A DNA stretch of 64,000 bases from NCBI GenBank assembly GCA_050084985.1, contig JBITNC010000001.1, positions 190,340,001 through 190,404,000 of the forward strand. Direction: 5' to 3'. The DNA is from Nageia nagi. Lineage: Eukaryota; Plantae; Pinophyta. The notes beneath the pieces are model-generated. The model saw only the letters and a program-made list of their open reading frames with translations. It did no database searches and was not told the origin of the DNA. Shown here piece by piece: positions 1 to 12,035 of the stretch. Within the stretch, counting starts at the first letter, position 1. The number at the start of each line of letters is the position of its first letter. A program made the translations under genes and the position numbers.

Positions 1-1439
1 TATATCATCATTATTATAGCAATCAAACTCAAGTGGAATAGCATCATTATCATCAATGTCATCATAATTAGGAAAAGAGAATATATCCTAATTTGATGTT
101 TCTAAACCTTTTTCAATACTCTTATAGCTATCAACCATGTATTCTTACATAAAAGGATATGAAAAGATATTACTCATTACTATCTCCTTGACTAAAGGAG
201 TTGAATCTAATGAGAGTGATGATATTACTCATTACTGATGATGGTGTAAATCCATTACAAAATTCTCATGAGATCTCACCAAGAGGGAAAGATAAATCAA
301 ATAGATGGGTTCATCAAAATTTAGACCTCAAATAATGCATAAACCATATTATTATTGCACTATTTTTCTATAATATTATATTGAAGCATATATAAAAAAT
401 ATGGTAACAATGAATAATGATAATCAATGTACCTTCATCACAGTCACATAAACATCACATAAAGTAATCCATTAATCAAACATGAACATTCATTCATCCA
501 TATACACATCGCTAGTGACTCATAAGTGCTATGTCACTGATTTCATGGAATAAGCAATATTTTGAACAAAATAAAAGTATGCAATAGCAAAATGAAGGGT
601 TTAGTAGATGTATGCAAAGGTGGTGTTACAAAACACTATTGTATGTAGGATAGAGTGATAATGCATTTATTGAAGTCTCACTAGGATATTTAATGCCCTT
701 GCATGATACCATTTGTGTTGCTTTTGATGTATTTATATAGCAATTTCCTTGTCTCCTTGGATTCTTGAGATCATTGCATATTACATCATTTGAAGAGTCT
801 TTTAGATATTGAACCCCTTATTACATTGTATAATGGTCCATTACATTTATCACATTGAATTCCCAAATACCATTACCTAATGATATTCCTAATTCCTTAA
901 TCCAAAAATAGTTACCTCCTAGTTATAAAAACCCTAATAACATCACTAAGGTTAATGTGCATTATTTCCTAATTTGGGAACCATCCTAAATCCATAAATA
1001 TCACAAGCTATGGAAGCACAACTTGTAATCCAATATATTATACTAGAATGTGATTATAAATAGGAAGATAACATTGACAAATATGAACTAATGGATATTA
1101 CAAATCATGAAATACTTAATAGACTAGTCATCCCTTATGTTTGGATTGATGAACCAGATCCAATTGTAGAATTTGGTATGAGATGGAGACCTGTAAATCG
1201 AATGAATAATATGCAATATTAAGAAAAGAATTTAGTTTCCTAAAACTCAATATGGACTTCAAATAAGCCTCACCAAAATGCAAAATGGTAATAGTTAATA
1301 ACTTGGTAAGAACATTAGAATAGGAAAATAATTGATATTTTGGATTATTTACATGATTAACAAATGATAAGAAGAAAGATACTAGTGGATCATCATGGAA
1401 AGTAGATCCAAATTCTATAATCAATAAGGTTACATAATT

Positions 1440-2460
1440 AATGTAACAAAAGGAATCTATATTGGTTTACATCAACAAATTTACACCTACAATTTCAAGA
1501 GTTATGAACACCCTTTTTTCTATCTCATTCACTAAAAAAGCTATGATAAATAGGTAAATTTTACAATGTTTGATGGTCATTTTGATCCTAGAATATATTT
1601 ATAGAGGTATCATTTAGAGGCTATTTTATTTGATAATGATGATGATTTATTAGCTAAATTATTTTCTCTTAGTTTGTGAGAAAAACCATTCTTGTGGTTT
1701 ACTGATTTGGCTAATGAATGAATTATAGTTAAGGCATTCCTTGCTAGATATCACCTATACATCACACAAGAAATATCTCATTTATATATGTATACCTTGA
1801 AGAAAAATCAAGTCCAACTTGTTAGTGATTTCATTATTTAATAGTCCAAAATAACTAACCAAGTCCAAATCCCTAATAGAGAAAATAAGCATGTCCTTTT
1901 TTGAGCCTTGTTACCATCTTGTAGAAATGATTTCTTTGATTACCAAAACTATCCTTATGATAAATTGATATATGATATGATTAGTAAGAAATCCTACCAT
2001 AAAGCCTTTAATAAACCATTAGATCACATGAAGTACAAGGCAACCTTAAAACCTATTTTTCTTGAAAAGCCTAGGAAGGTCCAAACCCAGCTTGAACTTG
2101 AAACCAAAATGATATCCAAAGTTAGCCATGATGTTATTGAAGTGTGGGAACCTAGAAGATCTTGTATATAATATATCAATTTTCATGAGAATATCAGTGA
2201 CATCTTATATTCCTTAGTTTACATGAACCTAAAATGTTATCCACTAACGAAATAACCCCCTTGAGTTAAACCTTTGAACTATCAAGCACACCTCTTTCGT
2301 AACTTCCTTAGAAGAGTCAATCATGCCACAAAAGAGTGTTTTAATTTGAAAAATATAATATAGGATTTGCATGATGGAGGTAAATTCCAATTTGATCATG
2401 AGGTTTCTAATGAAGTTTTATAGAAACATAGGGCAAAGGTGGTACAAAATGAACTTGTAC
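1440..2460 (+). mobile_element. Degraded Ty3/gypsy gag (retrotrans_gag plus CCHC-like relic)
   Basis: Broken frames read FTMFDGHFDP..., DDDLLAKLFSLSL*EKPFLWFTDL and NHATKECFNLKNI, which are typical gypsy gag segments; many stops and frameshifts; boundaries approximate. Confidence 0.6.
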
Positions 2461-3321
2461 ATCCACAAAACCAAAGGTTAAGGATCTTCAATAATCATTT
2501 GTAAAATTCAAGAAGGTATAACTTGATGATGATGGGAAGCAATTTAAAATCAATGCTGTAAGTGTTCCTCAACCATAACCACAAGTACAACGATTATTAA
2601 TTCTAGGTATGATACTTGATGTTGATGGTATTTGGGATGTTTAGTAAATTTTTATCACATTTCCTTATTGATATGTTTATTTTTAATCAATAAATGAAAA
2701 CTTAAAATGTATCATTAAAAAATTAAGAATTCTTTAGTACTTTCATCCTCATGATGCTGCTGGATTCTAGCAACACCATTGGGTTAATAACAAGTAGAAA
2801 AATCCAAAAAGATAACTAAACTAGACATTATCCAAAAATAATTATTGTTTGGTAAATTTAAAAAACTTACCATCAGTTTTATTAGTAGGTACTATAGATA
2901 GTAACCTAGGTATTTCAAGTTTCATTTTATGTTTTGGCAAAAACTAAATATCTTGTTCAATGTTTCTAAAATTTTTACAAATTTTTTATCTTTTGAAAAA
3001 TGTTCCTTTTCTAATTAACTGAGTGATGTCATTGTATCCCAACAACATCACCATATTTCAAATTTGTATAATATGAATATTTATTATTTTTGTTAAAACT
3101 CATTCTTTTCTATTGATCATGAAAAAAGTTGTAGCTTTGGTTTTTGTAAAATTTTATTTCAAACATTTGAATCATGATTGTGAATTACTTATCAATACTT
3201 ATATTTTACCTTTCATAAATATTTTTATGTCTTATTTAAAGCAATGTTCCATAATATAAACATGAAAACATAGTATGCATTATAAATTAAAATCAAACAA
3301 GCTCATGTAATAAAAAAATGG

Positions 3322-3341
3322 ATATATATATATATATATAT
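3322..3341. repeat. (AT)n microsatellite
   Basis: About 10 AT units seen directly. Confidence 0.9.
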
Positions 3342-3399
3342 CATAAAATGGTATCATAAGTACAATTAGTTCATGCGATGGTGAAAACTCTATCCAACT

Positions 3400-5040
3400 T
3401 AAGTATCATGAGTTGTAGCCCTAGAACTAGACCTACTCTTAGAGCTATATGCCATCTACTATTGAATGATTTGATTATCCTTCACTACAATCAACTCCTA
3501 GAGCCTCTTAAGCTCCCATTGATGAATAACATGTGACATAACATGCATGGCTATAACTTGAACCTAAAGAGTCTTAGCTTGGTCCTAGACGGCCTCAATG
3601 CTATGATCTCAAGCTGCAAGTTCCTCGTATAATGAGGTCACCTACACCTAAAATCCCTCAATATAAAGTTGTAAGTCAATTTCATATAGAAAAATCAATG
3701 TTAGTCTTAAAGCATGTCATAACCAAATCTAGAAAACCATAAACTATGATTTACCAAAGGATGGTGCTGAATATGTTGCAACACAAGAAGTGGTTGGTAC
3801 AAATGGATCCATAACTTGAGTAGGAGATGGTGGAGCCTTAATACCCATGGGCTCCTCCTCCTCCTCCTCCTACTCTACCTCCTCCTCTTCCTCCTCTATC
3901 TTGTACTCCTCATCACCTAGGCCTAAAGGTATAGGTCACATAGTCTCTCACCACCTCTAATAATTTAGAGTATGTTGATGGTGTGGCTTGGGTACCTTGA
4001 AGCATGATCATTTGGTTCCTCCCATTCTGCACTCTGGGATGGTATAACTAGGCATCTTGTAGGAATGATACGATATGCGTAGTACCTCACTATAGTAAGT
4101 CAAACCCTAAGAATGAGCACATCTTATATCAAACTAAACTACCTAAGTACTTAGCTTAAATTATAGAACTCAATCATCGATGTGTGACCCTTTATATGGC
4201 ATGGATTCATGCTCCATAATAACTCATAACTAGACTCAAGATAACATCATCCTTATCTAGCATGTATAGAAGTCATTGATACTACTCTACTTCCTACGTC
4301 ACCCTAATACTCTATGTGATGTTCCATTGGAACTAATGAGGCATCTCCTTCCAAGTAAGCATTGGTAAATAAGTTTAAGTAATGTTGATGTGCTCATATG
4401 CCCAACATTGTAGAATAAATTATTGGGTAATAATCTTACCACCTTTTTCACACTAACAAAGTGGTGAAGATCTTGATATAGTATCACCAAGATGCATGAA
4501 ACCCATGCATATCTCTATCCTCATACGCATATCCCTTGTACTATAGGAATCAACCCATTTTGAAAACACTTGTGGTTCTTATCGCTACATAAGATGGTGT
4601 CAATAAGAGCCATAACATATAGTTAGAATCATTTAATGTTATATATTTCCTTTGGGGGGCATTTATAGAGTCTCATGAAGGGGATCCCCCTTATTTTGCT
4701 GCTAGTAGTCCCTCATGCCTATTAGCTAATAACCTTGCTCCTCCATCTCTATCATAGAGAGAGTGGCTCTCTCAATCAATGTACCCTTCACAGGTACCCA
4801 TAGAATTTGATGAATATCAGCTTAGGTAGATGAAATATGTTGGTGTAATCACACCAATCATCCATCAATGTAATAAAAAAGTACTTATCACATGGGATGC
4901 GAATAACACCCTTTATGTCACCTAGTGCGGATACATCTAAGCATCCCCTCTCCTCAGTTATAAGTACTAGGATTGAAGCCACATCCATAGAGGGACTCCA
5001 TGGATCACATCTTATTAGGTATGCTCACTCTTGCATTCAT
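3400..5040 (-). pseudogene. Plant Mobile Domain (PMD/MAIN-like) ORF relic, antisense to the gypsy gag
   Basis: FFITLMDDWCDYTNIFHLP matches PMD consensus LITALVERW..ETxTFHLP; RYAWVSCILVILYQDLH matches YAWG.AVLAYLYRxL; (CCT)n at ~3853-3895 gives an acidic C-terminal tract. Confidence 0.72.
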
Positions 5041-5786
5041 AAAATAAGGAATATATAAACCCATTTATAAGTAAATGATAAATATAAATACAAAACTAAA
5101 AGATATAAAAATCTAATAATTTTAGCAATCATTGAAAAAACTAAACTTAAATTTTAAAAATTTAAGTTTTAGCATCCATCTAAATTTGTGTAGTCATTAA
5201 TGTCTTTCTATCTACATTTTATCCTAGTGATAACATTAGGATCTTAGCGATGTCACCAAGTTAAAGGCCCAATTTTTCCAAATTATTTGAAACTCATCAA
5301 TTTTTTTCTTAGATTTTATCGTAAAAATCATATTTGTTCTATTCAATGCAAATAAAAATTGGACCCTACATTTTTATTCTAAATTTTTGGTAATTTGCTA
5401 AATTTGATAAAAACTAAGCCAAATTGAAAAATCAACCTATCAAAATTTTTTAAATACATGCTAAATAAAAGAATATGGGAAAATTTCTTATACAACAAGA
5501 GCCTTATGAACCTCACATGAACTAATCCACTGAGACATGGTAGCCATCTATACTTCCCTCACCTCCTTGGTCCTTAATTATCTCACTAATAGCAATAATC
5601 AATCTAGGGACTAGAGCTCCTAATTACCAAAGATGATGGTGAAAATGAAATACAAATTGTCTTATTTATAAATAAATTTGAACCACTTCAATGTATAGTT
5701 TCCCTAATCCTTGTCTTTCTCTATAATTAAAACCCCTTTTTATCATAAAACCTATTTTTAATCAATCATAAACACCTTGTCATCTA

Positions 5787-5805
5787 AGAAAAAAAATAGG
5801 GGTGA
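5787..5805 (+). other. Possible polypurine tract of the gypsy relic
   Basis: agaaaaaaaatagggg followed by ...tgt, downstream of the PMD ORF. Confidence 0.3.
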
Positions 5806-6089
5806 TGTGTAAAAAAATGGCAAGAATTTCGGACCTTCAACTTTGGTTCGTGCGAATTCATGGGGATTCATCCTAGTCTTTAGTCACCTAGACTTTAGTA
5901 TATTTGAAATAATTAGCCTCATCCTTGAAATGCATTTTCCTTCTTTATCCTTGAAATTATAAATAAAAAATAGATCCATCGACCAAATTACCCTCAGTAC
6001 CTGATATATATACACAATAGAGCAATATCAACATCTAAAGTTCCAAACCATAGATTGTAGAGAATATTACAGATTTCACACTTTTTTGA

Positions 6090-6360
6090 TATACAAAGAA
6101 ATTTTTTAGTTTTAGAAAAATGATTCATTTGGAATTCAAAAGTGATTTGTTATCTTTAGAAGAATTGACTTGTTAGGAATAGAAAAATGATTCATCAGGT
6201 TCATTGGTTTAGAAGAGGTATCATTGTATTCCATAGAGTGTAAATGAGTTGTAAAGTTTAACTAAGTAAACAAATCATTTAATTACAAAATAAATGAGTC
6301 ATTAATTTTAAAAAGGTAAATGGATCATTTAGTTATAGAATAAATGATTCATTCGGTTGT
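6090..6360. repeat. Degenerate ~23-bp tandem array with core AAATGATTCATT
   Basis: Repeated aaatgattcatt / aaatgagtcatt / aaatggatcatt motifs. Confidence 0.7.
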
Positions 6361-6814
6361 AGGTATTTTTGTAATTTCAATTTTTTTTGGAGATATCTTC
6401 AAAAAATGATTTCTAATAATCAGACTCTAAGTTTTAACTATACTTGATATTTGGTATTGATTTATATGGCTTTAACAAGCAATACCAACATTAATAATAA
6501 ATATTAGTATTTAAAAAAGATAACCAATATGAACAAGTAAGGTATACACTCATATTTTGAAAAGAAAAATCACTCCAAAGTGCTTGCTTGATAAATCTAG
6601 GCACGTCAACAAGTTTAAGGTACTTTTTATGCATTGGTGCTATAATATCCTATTTTTGTTATATACATTTTGTTGTAATTGTAAACTAAGTTTATTTAAT
6701 TATTGTTACAAAAAATCAAAATCTAGTATCCTTTGGTCCTAAAATGCCTTCACTAGAATCTGCTTTTGATGAAAAATTGCAATCTTAACCAACTCACTCA
6801 ACTCAAATATGTTA

Positions 6815-7200
6815 AGAAATTCAAGGTATTTTTTGATACATTAATGCTCAAAGATTTTTGTTATACATATTGATCATATTGCAGTTGTTATTTTAGATCA
6901 TATTTGAATTGATCCTAAAATCAAAATAAATAGAAAATCAATATTTGGAATTCACTGATACTAAAATAACTCCATTGGAATTATCTTCTAATGATCAAGA
7001 GCCAACTCAATGATCCCAACCACTTCCACCAAATCCAGGTGCTTTTTTGATACATTCATGCTCTAAGATATTATTTTTGTTGTATGTTTTCTTAAATATT
7101 ATAGAATTTATTTTAATTTGACTTAAAACATAAAAATAAATAGAAATTAAAACTCCAATACTCGTCAATGATGATGAATAAGTAACTCCAAATGACCAAA
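6815..7200. repeat. Diverged ~215-bp tandem duplication
   Basis: ttttttgatacatt(a/c)atgctc...aaaataaatagaaa...taactcca occurs at ~6830 and ~7045. Confidence 0.6.
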
Positions 7201-7249
7201 AAGTGTCCGGGATTAAATCATTTGTAAGGTCATTAAATAAATAAAAAAA

Positions 7250-9510
7250 CCAATGGACTATGAACATGTCATTTTAGGAAGAATAAGGCATGCTTTCCTT
7301 GGGTTGAACCAATATAACCAAGACTTAGTAATATAATAATAGAAGTTAAATTTAAATTTTGTACATGGAAAATAGGAAAATTTCATACATTGCAATCAAA
7401 GAAGGATACACTATAAAAATATGAAGGGAAAGTATATGAAAGTGTGCTGTAGCTTGATGGAAAAAGAGTGACCATTGTTAGTTGGAAAGACAAGAAAAAG
7501 TGCCTTCAGAGAAGATATGAAGAAGAGTATGAGAATAAAATGCAAAGGAGGAAAACATTAATGAGAAAGGTGAAACACTTAATCAACTATTTGGGCAAGT
7601 AATCCAAAGCAATATATTAACAAGAACTATACAATTTGACACTAGTTTCAAAATTCTATAAATAGGTAAACCAATTTCAAATTATCTTTCATATAAAGAT
7701 TATTTACAATTTGTAGGGGTGCATCATTTCCCCCATTCACATTTATTAGAGCTTAGTGCTTGGGAAATATTAAAATGTTTGGTGATTGTTGAGAAAGAGG
7801 AGTTAAAGGAGTTAGTTAAGCACGCTCTATTGATATCCTTATCAATTGATGAGGTCATAGCTAGGGATATTACTTCATGGGTTTGCATATATGTCTATAA
7901 ATTTGAGGATGGTTGTAGAAAATCACATCTACTTACCTTGGAAAAAATAGCTAAAATTTGCAATGCTGATAATCTATTCAATTTGGTTCATAGCAGTTTA
8001 ACAAATATTGCAATAATGACTAATTATGAAATAACTACAAAGTTAGTGTGCATCGAAGTTGATGGTGCAAATGTGATGTAAGGTAACAAGAATGGAATTT
8101 GTGTAAAAATTCATACAATAATTGCTCTATACATGATACTGATTCATTGCATGGCTCACAGAATGAACATTGCATATAAGATTGTCAAAACCTTTTCCAC
8201 TTGTGCAAAAGTGGAAGAACTTGTTCATGATGTACATGCTTATTTTTCTAAAAGCTCAAGGAGGACTTTATAATTAAAAAAATTTGTAGTTGATGAAACA
8301 AAGGGGAAAAAGTTGCTAAAAGATGTTGATACAAGATGAATCTCTTTCTATGAGCCAGTTGTTAGATTATTAGAAGAATACAAATCTCTTATGGGATTTA
8401 TGTGGGAAAATAGTCAAGAAGTTGATAAGGCTAAAAATTTTCTCTTTTGATTAACAAATATTGAAACATTACTTACATTAGTCAGGATTCTTCCCATGAT
8501 GCATGAACTAAACTTCTTAATAAAATGTTCTCAATAGAAAAACTTATACATTAGAGACTTAAAATGAGAAATTTCACTTATTTGACAATAAAAAACCTCT
8601 ATAAAATAGTTCCTGAAAGTTTTATGAGAGACAAATTTAAGAAATGGAATAAATTGATCAATTTGAGAGATCATAATAATTTTTTGAAATTAAATATTAT
8701 GGGCAATATATGCATAAAAATTCATAATTATGAGGTGCCCATGCATGGTTATTACAAAGAACCTGGTTGTCCTTTCAATCAACTTAAAGATGGACTTATA
8801 ACAAGTGTAACATTTGATATGATGATTAATCAAATAAAAAATGATTTAAGAAGAATTTCAAGGGTTTTAGTATAAGAAATCAAAGAGCATTTTGGTAAGG
8901 AGGAGATTGTTGATGCCACATCGATGGTGAGCTCCTTTTTCTAGCATCTTTATAATAAAGCAACAGGTGTAATCTTTAAAAAATATATATCATAGCTAAT
9001 GATTTTTTCTGTAAAGAGATTGATGTTAATGGAGAAATGATTTTGGGTATTTTGGATAGGTAGAAATTGATAGAACAATCATTCAATTTTGGTATGTTAA
9101 TAAAATATGCACTTGAAGCCTTAAGTAACACAAAAGAAATTTTTACAATTACACATTTATGGAAGAAATTGTATGCAAGTATTATTTTAAATATATCAAT
9201 CAATGACTACTTTTAGTTATATGAGTTATGTGCTACAATGATAATTGGATGTGTTGAAGATGAGAGAGTTTTTAGTGTATTAGATTTTACTACATCAAAA
9301 TAGTAAAATAAATTAGAAAAAAATTTAGAAAATTTCTTAAGAGTATATGTATTAAAGTACAAAATAAACAATTTCCCTTATGATAGAGAAACATGTATTT
9401 GGCAATTGCTCACACCTAAAAGGGGTGCCACTCAACACTCAATGCATGAAAGTGACACATTAATGAAGATTCATAGTATCGAGGATGCTCCTAAAAATAT
9501 AAAGATCTAA
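7250..9510 (+). mobile_element. hAT-superfamily transposase pseudogene (ZNF862/C17orf113-like type)
   Basis: SLSIDE (first catalytic D, ~7845), DGANVM (~8061), IHCMAHRMN (hAT CxxH, ~8145), DTR* (TRW motif, ~8328), VEDERVFS (hATC dimerisation/catalytic E, ~9253); multiple in-frame stops. Confidence 0.85.
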
Positions 9511-9799
9511 GAGGAAGCAAAAAGAGATAGAGTTGAGTTTCAACTCTGAATTTAGGTTATTAGATTTTTGGTATTATATTTTGTGATAGCTTAGAATTTG
9601 CAAAAATCATGTAATTTCTTAAAGATTCAAATTTGAATTTAATTTTTGATATTTATGGTTGTGATATCTTTAGAACTAGGAATTATATGTTATGATTTTA
9701 ATATCTTTATAGTGATATCTTATGGTTGTTATATATGTGTTGCTAATATTATTATTTTCTATAGAACCATTTTATTTATTATTTACTTTGTTGTAATTA

Positions 9800-9965
9800 C
9801 AACCATTGGCATTGCACATAAAAATATGAACATTAGCATTGCACATAATTTATCAAATACAAAAATTTCAACCATTGGTATTGCACATAAAAATATTAAT
9901 ATTGCATTGCACACCATTTATTAAATACATAAAAATTCAACAATTGGCATTGCACATAATTTCCA
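9800..9965. repeat. ~70-bp tandem duplication with internal CATTGCACATAA motif
   Basis: caaccattggcattgcacataa variants about 5 times. Confidence 0.75.
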
Positions 9966-10099
9966 ACCATAACAAAATCAGTTCTTCATATTACTATGTA
10001 ACTATACAAAAAATACTAACATGTTTAGTTTCAAAAAAAAGTATTACCAATAATATTCCAACAATAGAATAGTAATAAAAGAAAAGGTTCACTCAAGTA

Positions 10100-11270
10100 G
10101 TACAATATCACCTACAATAATTTGAGCCTTACAACTAGTGGTTCATTGACAAGAGAACCACCATCAGAACCAACAATACTAATAGGAATACTACCAACAT
10201 CACCATGATCACCACCATAAAAAAAGAGTCATAGGAGTTATAGGACCACCAATACCAACAATTTCATTACCACCAATAACAACAATAGGATATCCAATAT
10301 ATCACCAATTGGAATAACAAAATAAGGAGCAAAACCACTAGTAACAACAACACTAACATCTTCTTCAAGCACTCCTTCTTTCCTTAACTCTTCACTAACT
10401 ACTTCCATTTCTTTTAATAACATATTTTCCTTCCTTCCTGGGTCTTCAATTATGGGCATGAAGGTTGGATCATCCTATTTGAATTTGATATTTTTCAAGA
10501 TATGAACATCCAATTTATTTTCTACAATAATCTTCTTCAAAATGGCATTGCCTCTTTCTATAATTTTCATTTTCTTCATTTGATTTGTGAACTTAACCAA
10601 TTTGTTTTGAATATTCTCTAGGTATATCTTCAAAATTACCTCCTTTTTCTTGAAATTATCATATTTGGCCTAGAAATCAATAATAGAATTCATTAGTTGA
10701 TCCTTAAATAGGTTTGTTACATCCATATGTAAATGAATAATTACATCTTCATGCAAACAATTCATTTACATCTTTATGCAAAAACCCTATTTACATATTT
10801 ATATAAATGATTCATTTACATATGGATGAAAATGAACCATTTGCATGAAGATTTAAATGTATCATTTACATATATGGATGTAAACAATTTATTTACATAT
10901 AAATATAAATATTTTATTTATATATGGAACCAAATATGCTATAAAAGTAAATAAAAAGTAACATACCTCAATGAATTCTTGCAACATTATTGCTTTTGTC
11001 ACCTCTCTAACTTATCCAAACCAACATCAAGAGTGTCACCCTTATGCCTATTTTTGAACTTAACCACACCAATAACATTAGTTTTAAATAATGAATCTTT
11101 TTTCTTTGGTTCATCGTCTATCTCAAAAAATAGTTATTCTCTTTAGTAATATTTCATATATTTTTCATTAATTTCATTGAGCAAGATCTTTGCTCTCTTC
11201 TCCTACATTGTTAAAGTTTTAACTTTCTCAATAACTTTTCACAAATTAGATTGATATTCTTTTCTTATTG
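10100..11270 (-). pseudogene. Spliced coiled-coil ORF relic convergent with the hAT transposase
   Basis: Minus-strand Lys/Glu-rich frames, GT donor near 10966 and AG acceptor near 10704; no recognisable domain. Confidence 0.3.
10707..10893. repeat. Imperfect inverted repeat built from ~24-bp palindromic units (TGTAAATGAnTCATTTACA)
   Basis: Arm ~10717-10772 (ttacatccatatgtaaatga...catcttcatgcaaa) is the approximate reverse complement of ~10825-10883 (tttgcatgaagat...tcatttacatatatggatgtaa). Confidence 0.75.
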
Positions 11271-11924
11271 ATGTGGCCTAGGTTAGATATGGGTTATTTT
11301 TAGGCTAACTTTGAGATGGAATTAAAGTGGATTTAGGGTTGGATGGATTTACACTATGCTAAGAGTGAGATGGAATTAGAATTGAATGTTGATAAGACAA
11401 GGGTGGAGTTAGATTATGATGAGACTATAATGGAGTTATATTAGGGAACAAGTGTTCAACAATGTATTCTAAACCATGAATGGCCCTGTTGTCAATACCC
11501 ATAAGCTCCTCAATATCATAATATCCCATACACAAGTTTTCCAAATTAGCTAATAGGATTTCTTAAATACTGTTAAACTCCATATGAGATGGAATTGTCT
11601 ATGAAAATATTAAAGACTGACCTTGATACCCCGAGTCACTTCTTGTAGATTTTTCCTAAGAATATTCTTATGGAGGTGAAAGTGGAAATGAGGATGTAGT
11701 GCCTAAATTGGAAAAACTATTTGTTAGTATTAAATGATAAAAATAATTAATAAAATAATTGATCAACTTGAGATGATAAAAAATAAAATCATCTGATTTG
11801 ACTGGTTGGTGGACTTGCATATTTTTAGTTTGGGTTGGCAAAGTTAATTCACTTTAACTTGGATGATATTGCTGCAAAGGAGTTGTAGGCACTTTGAATA
11901 ATTATCCATGACCTAAATGATTAG

Positions 11925-12035
11925 GAAAAATAATTCATTAACATAAGGCAAATGATTCATTAGCATAAATAAAAATGATTCATTAACATAAATAAAAATG
12001 ATTCATTAAAATAAATGAAAATGATGCATTATTAG
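11925..12035. repeat. 23-bp tandem array AAATGATTCATTAACATAAATAA, about 5 copies
   Basis: Seen directly; same core as the 6090-6360 and 10707-10893 arrays; further copies near 12370. Confidence 0.85.
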
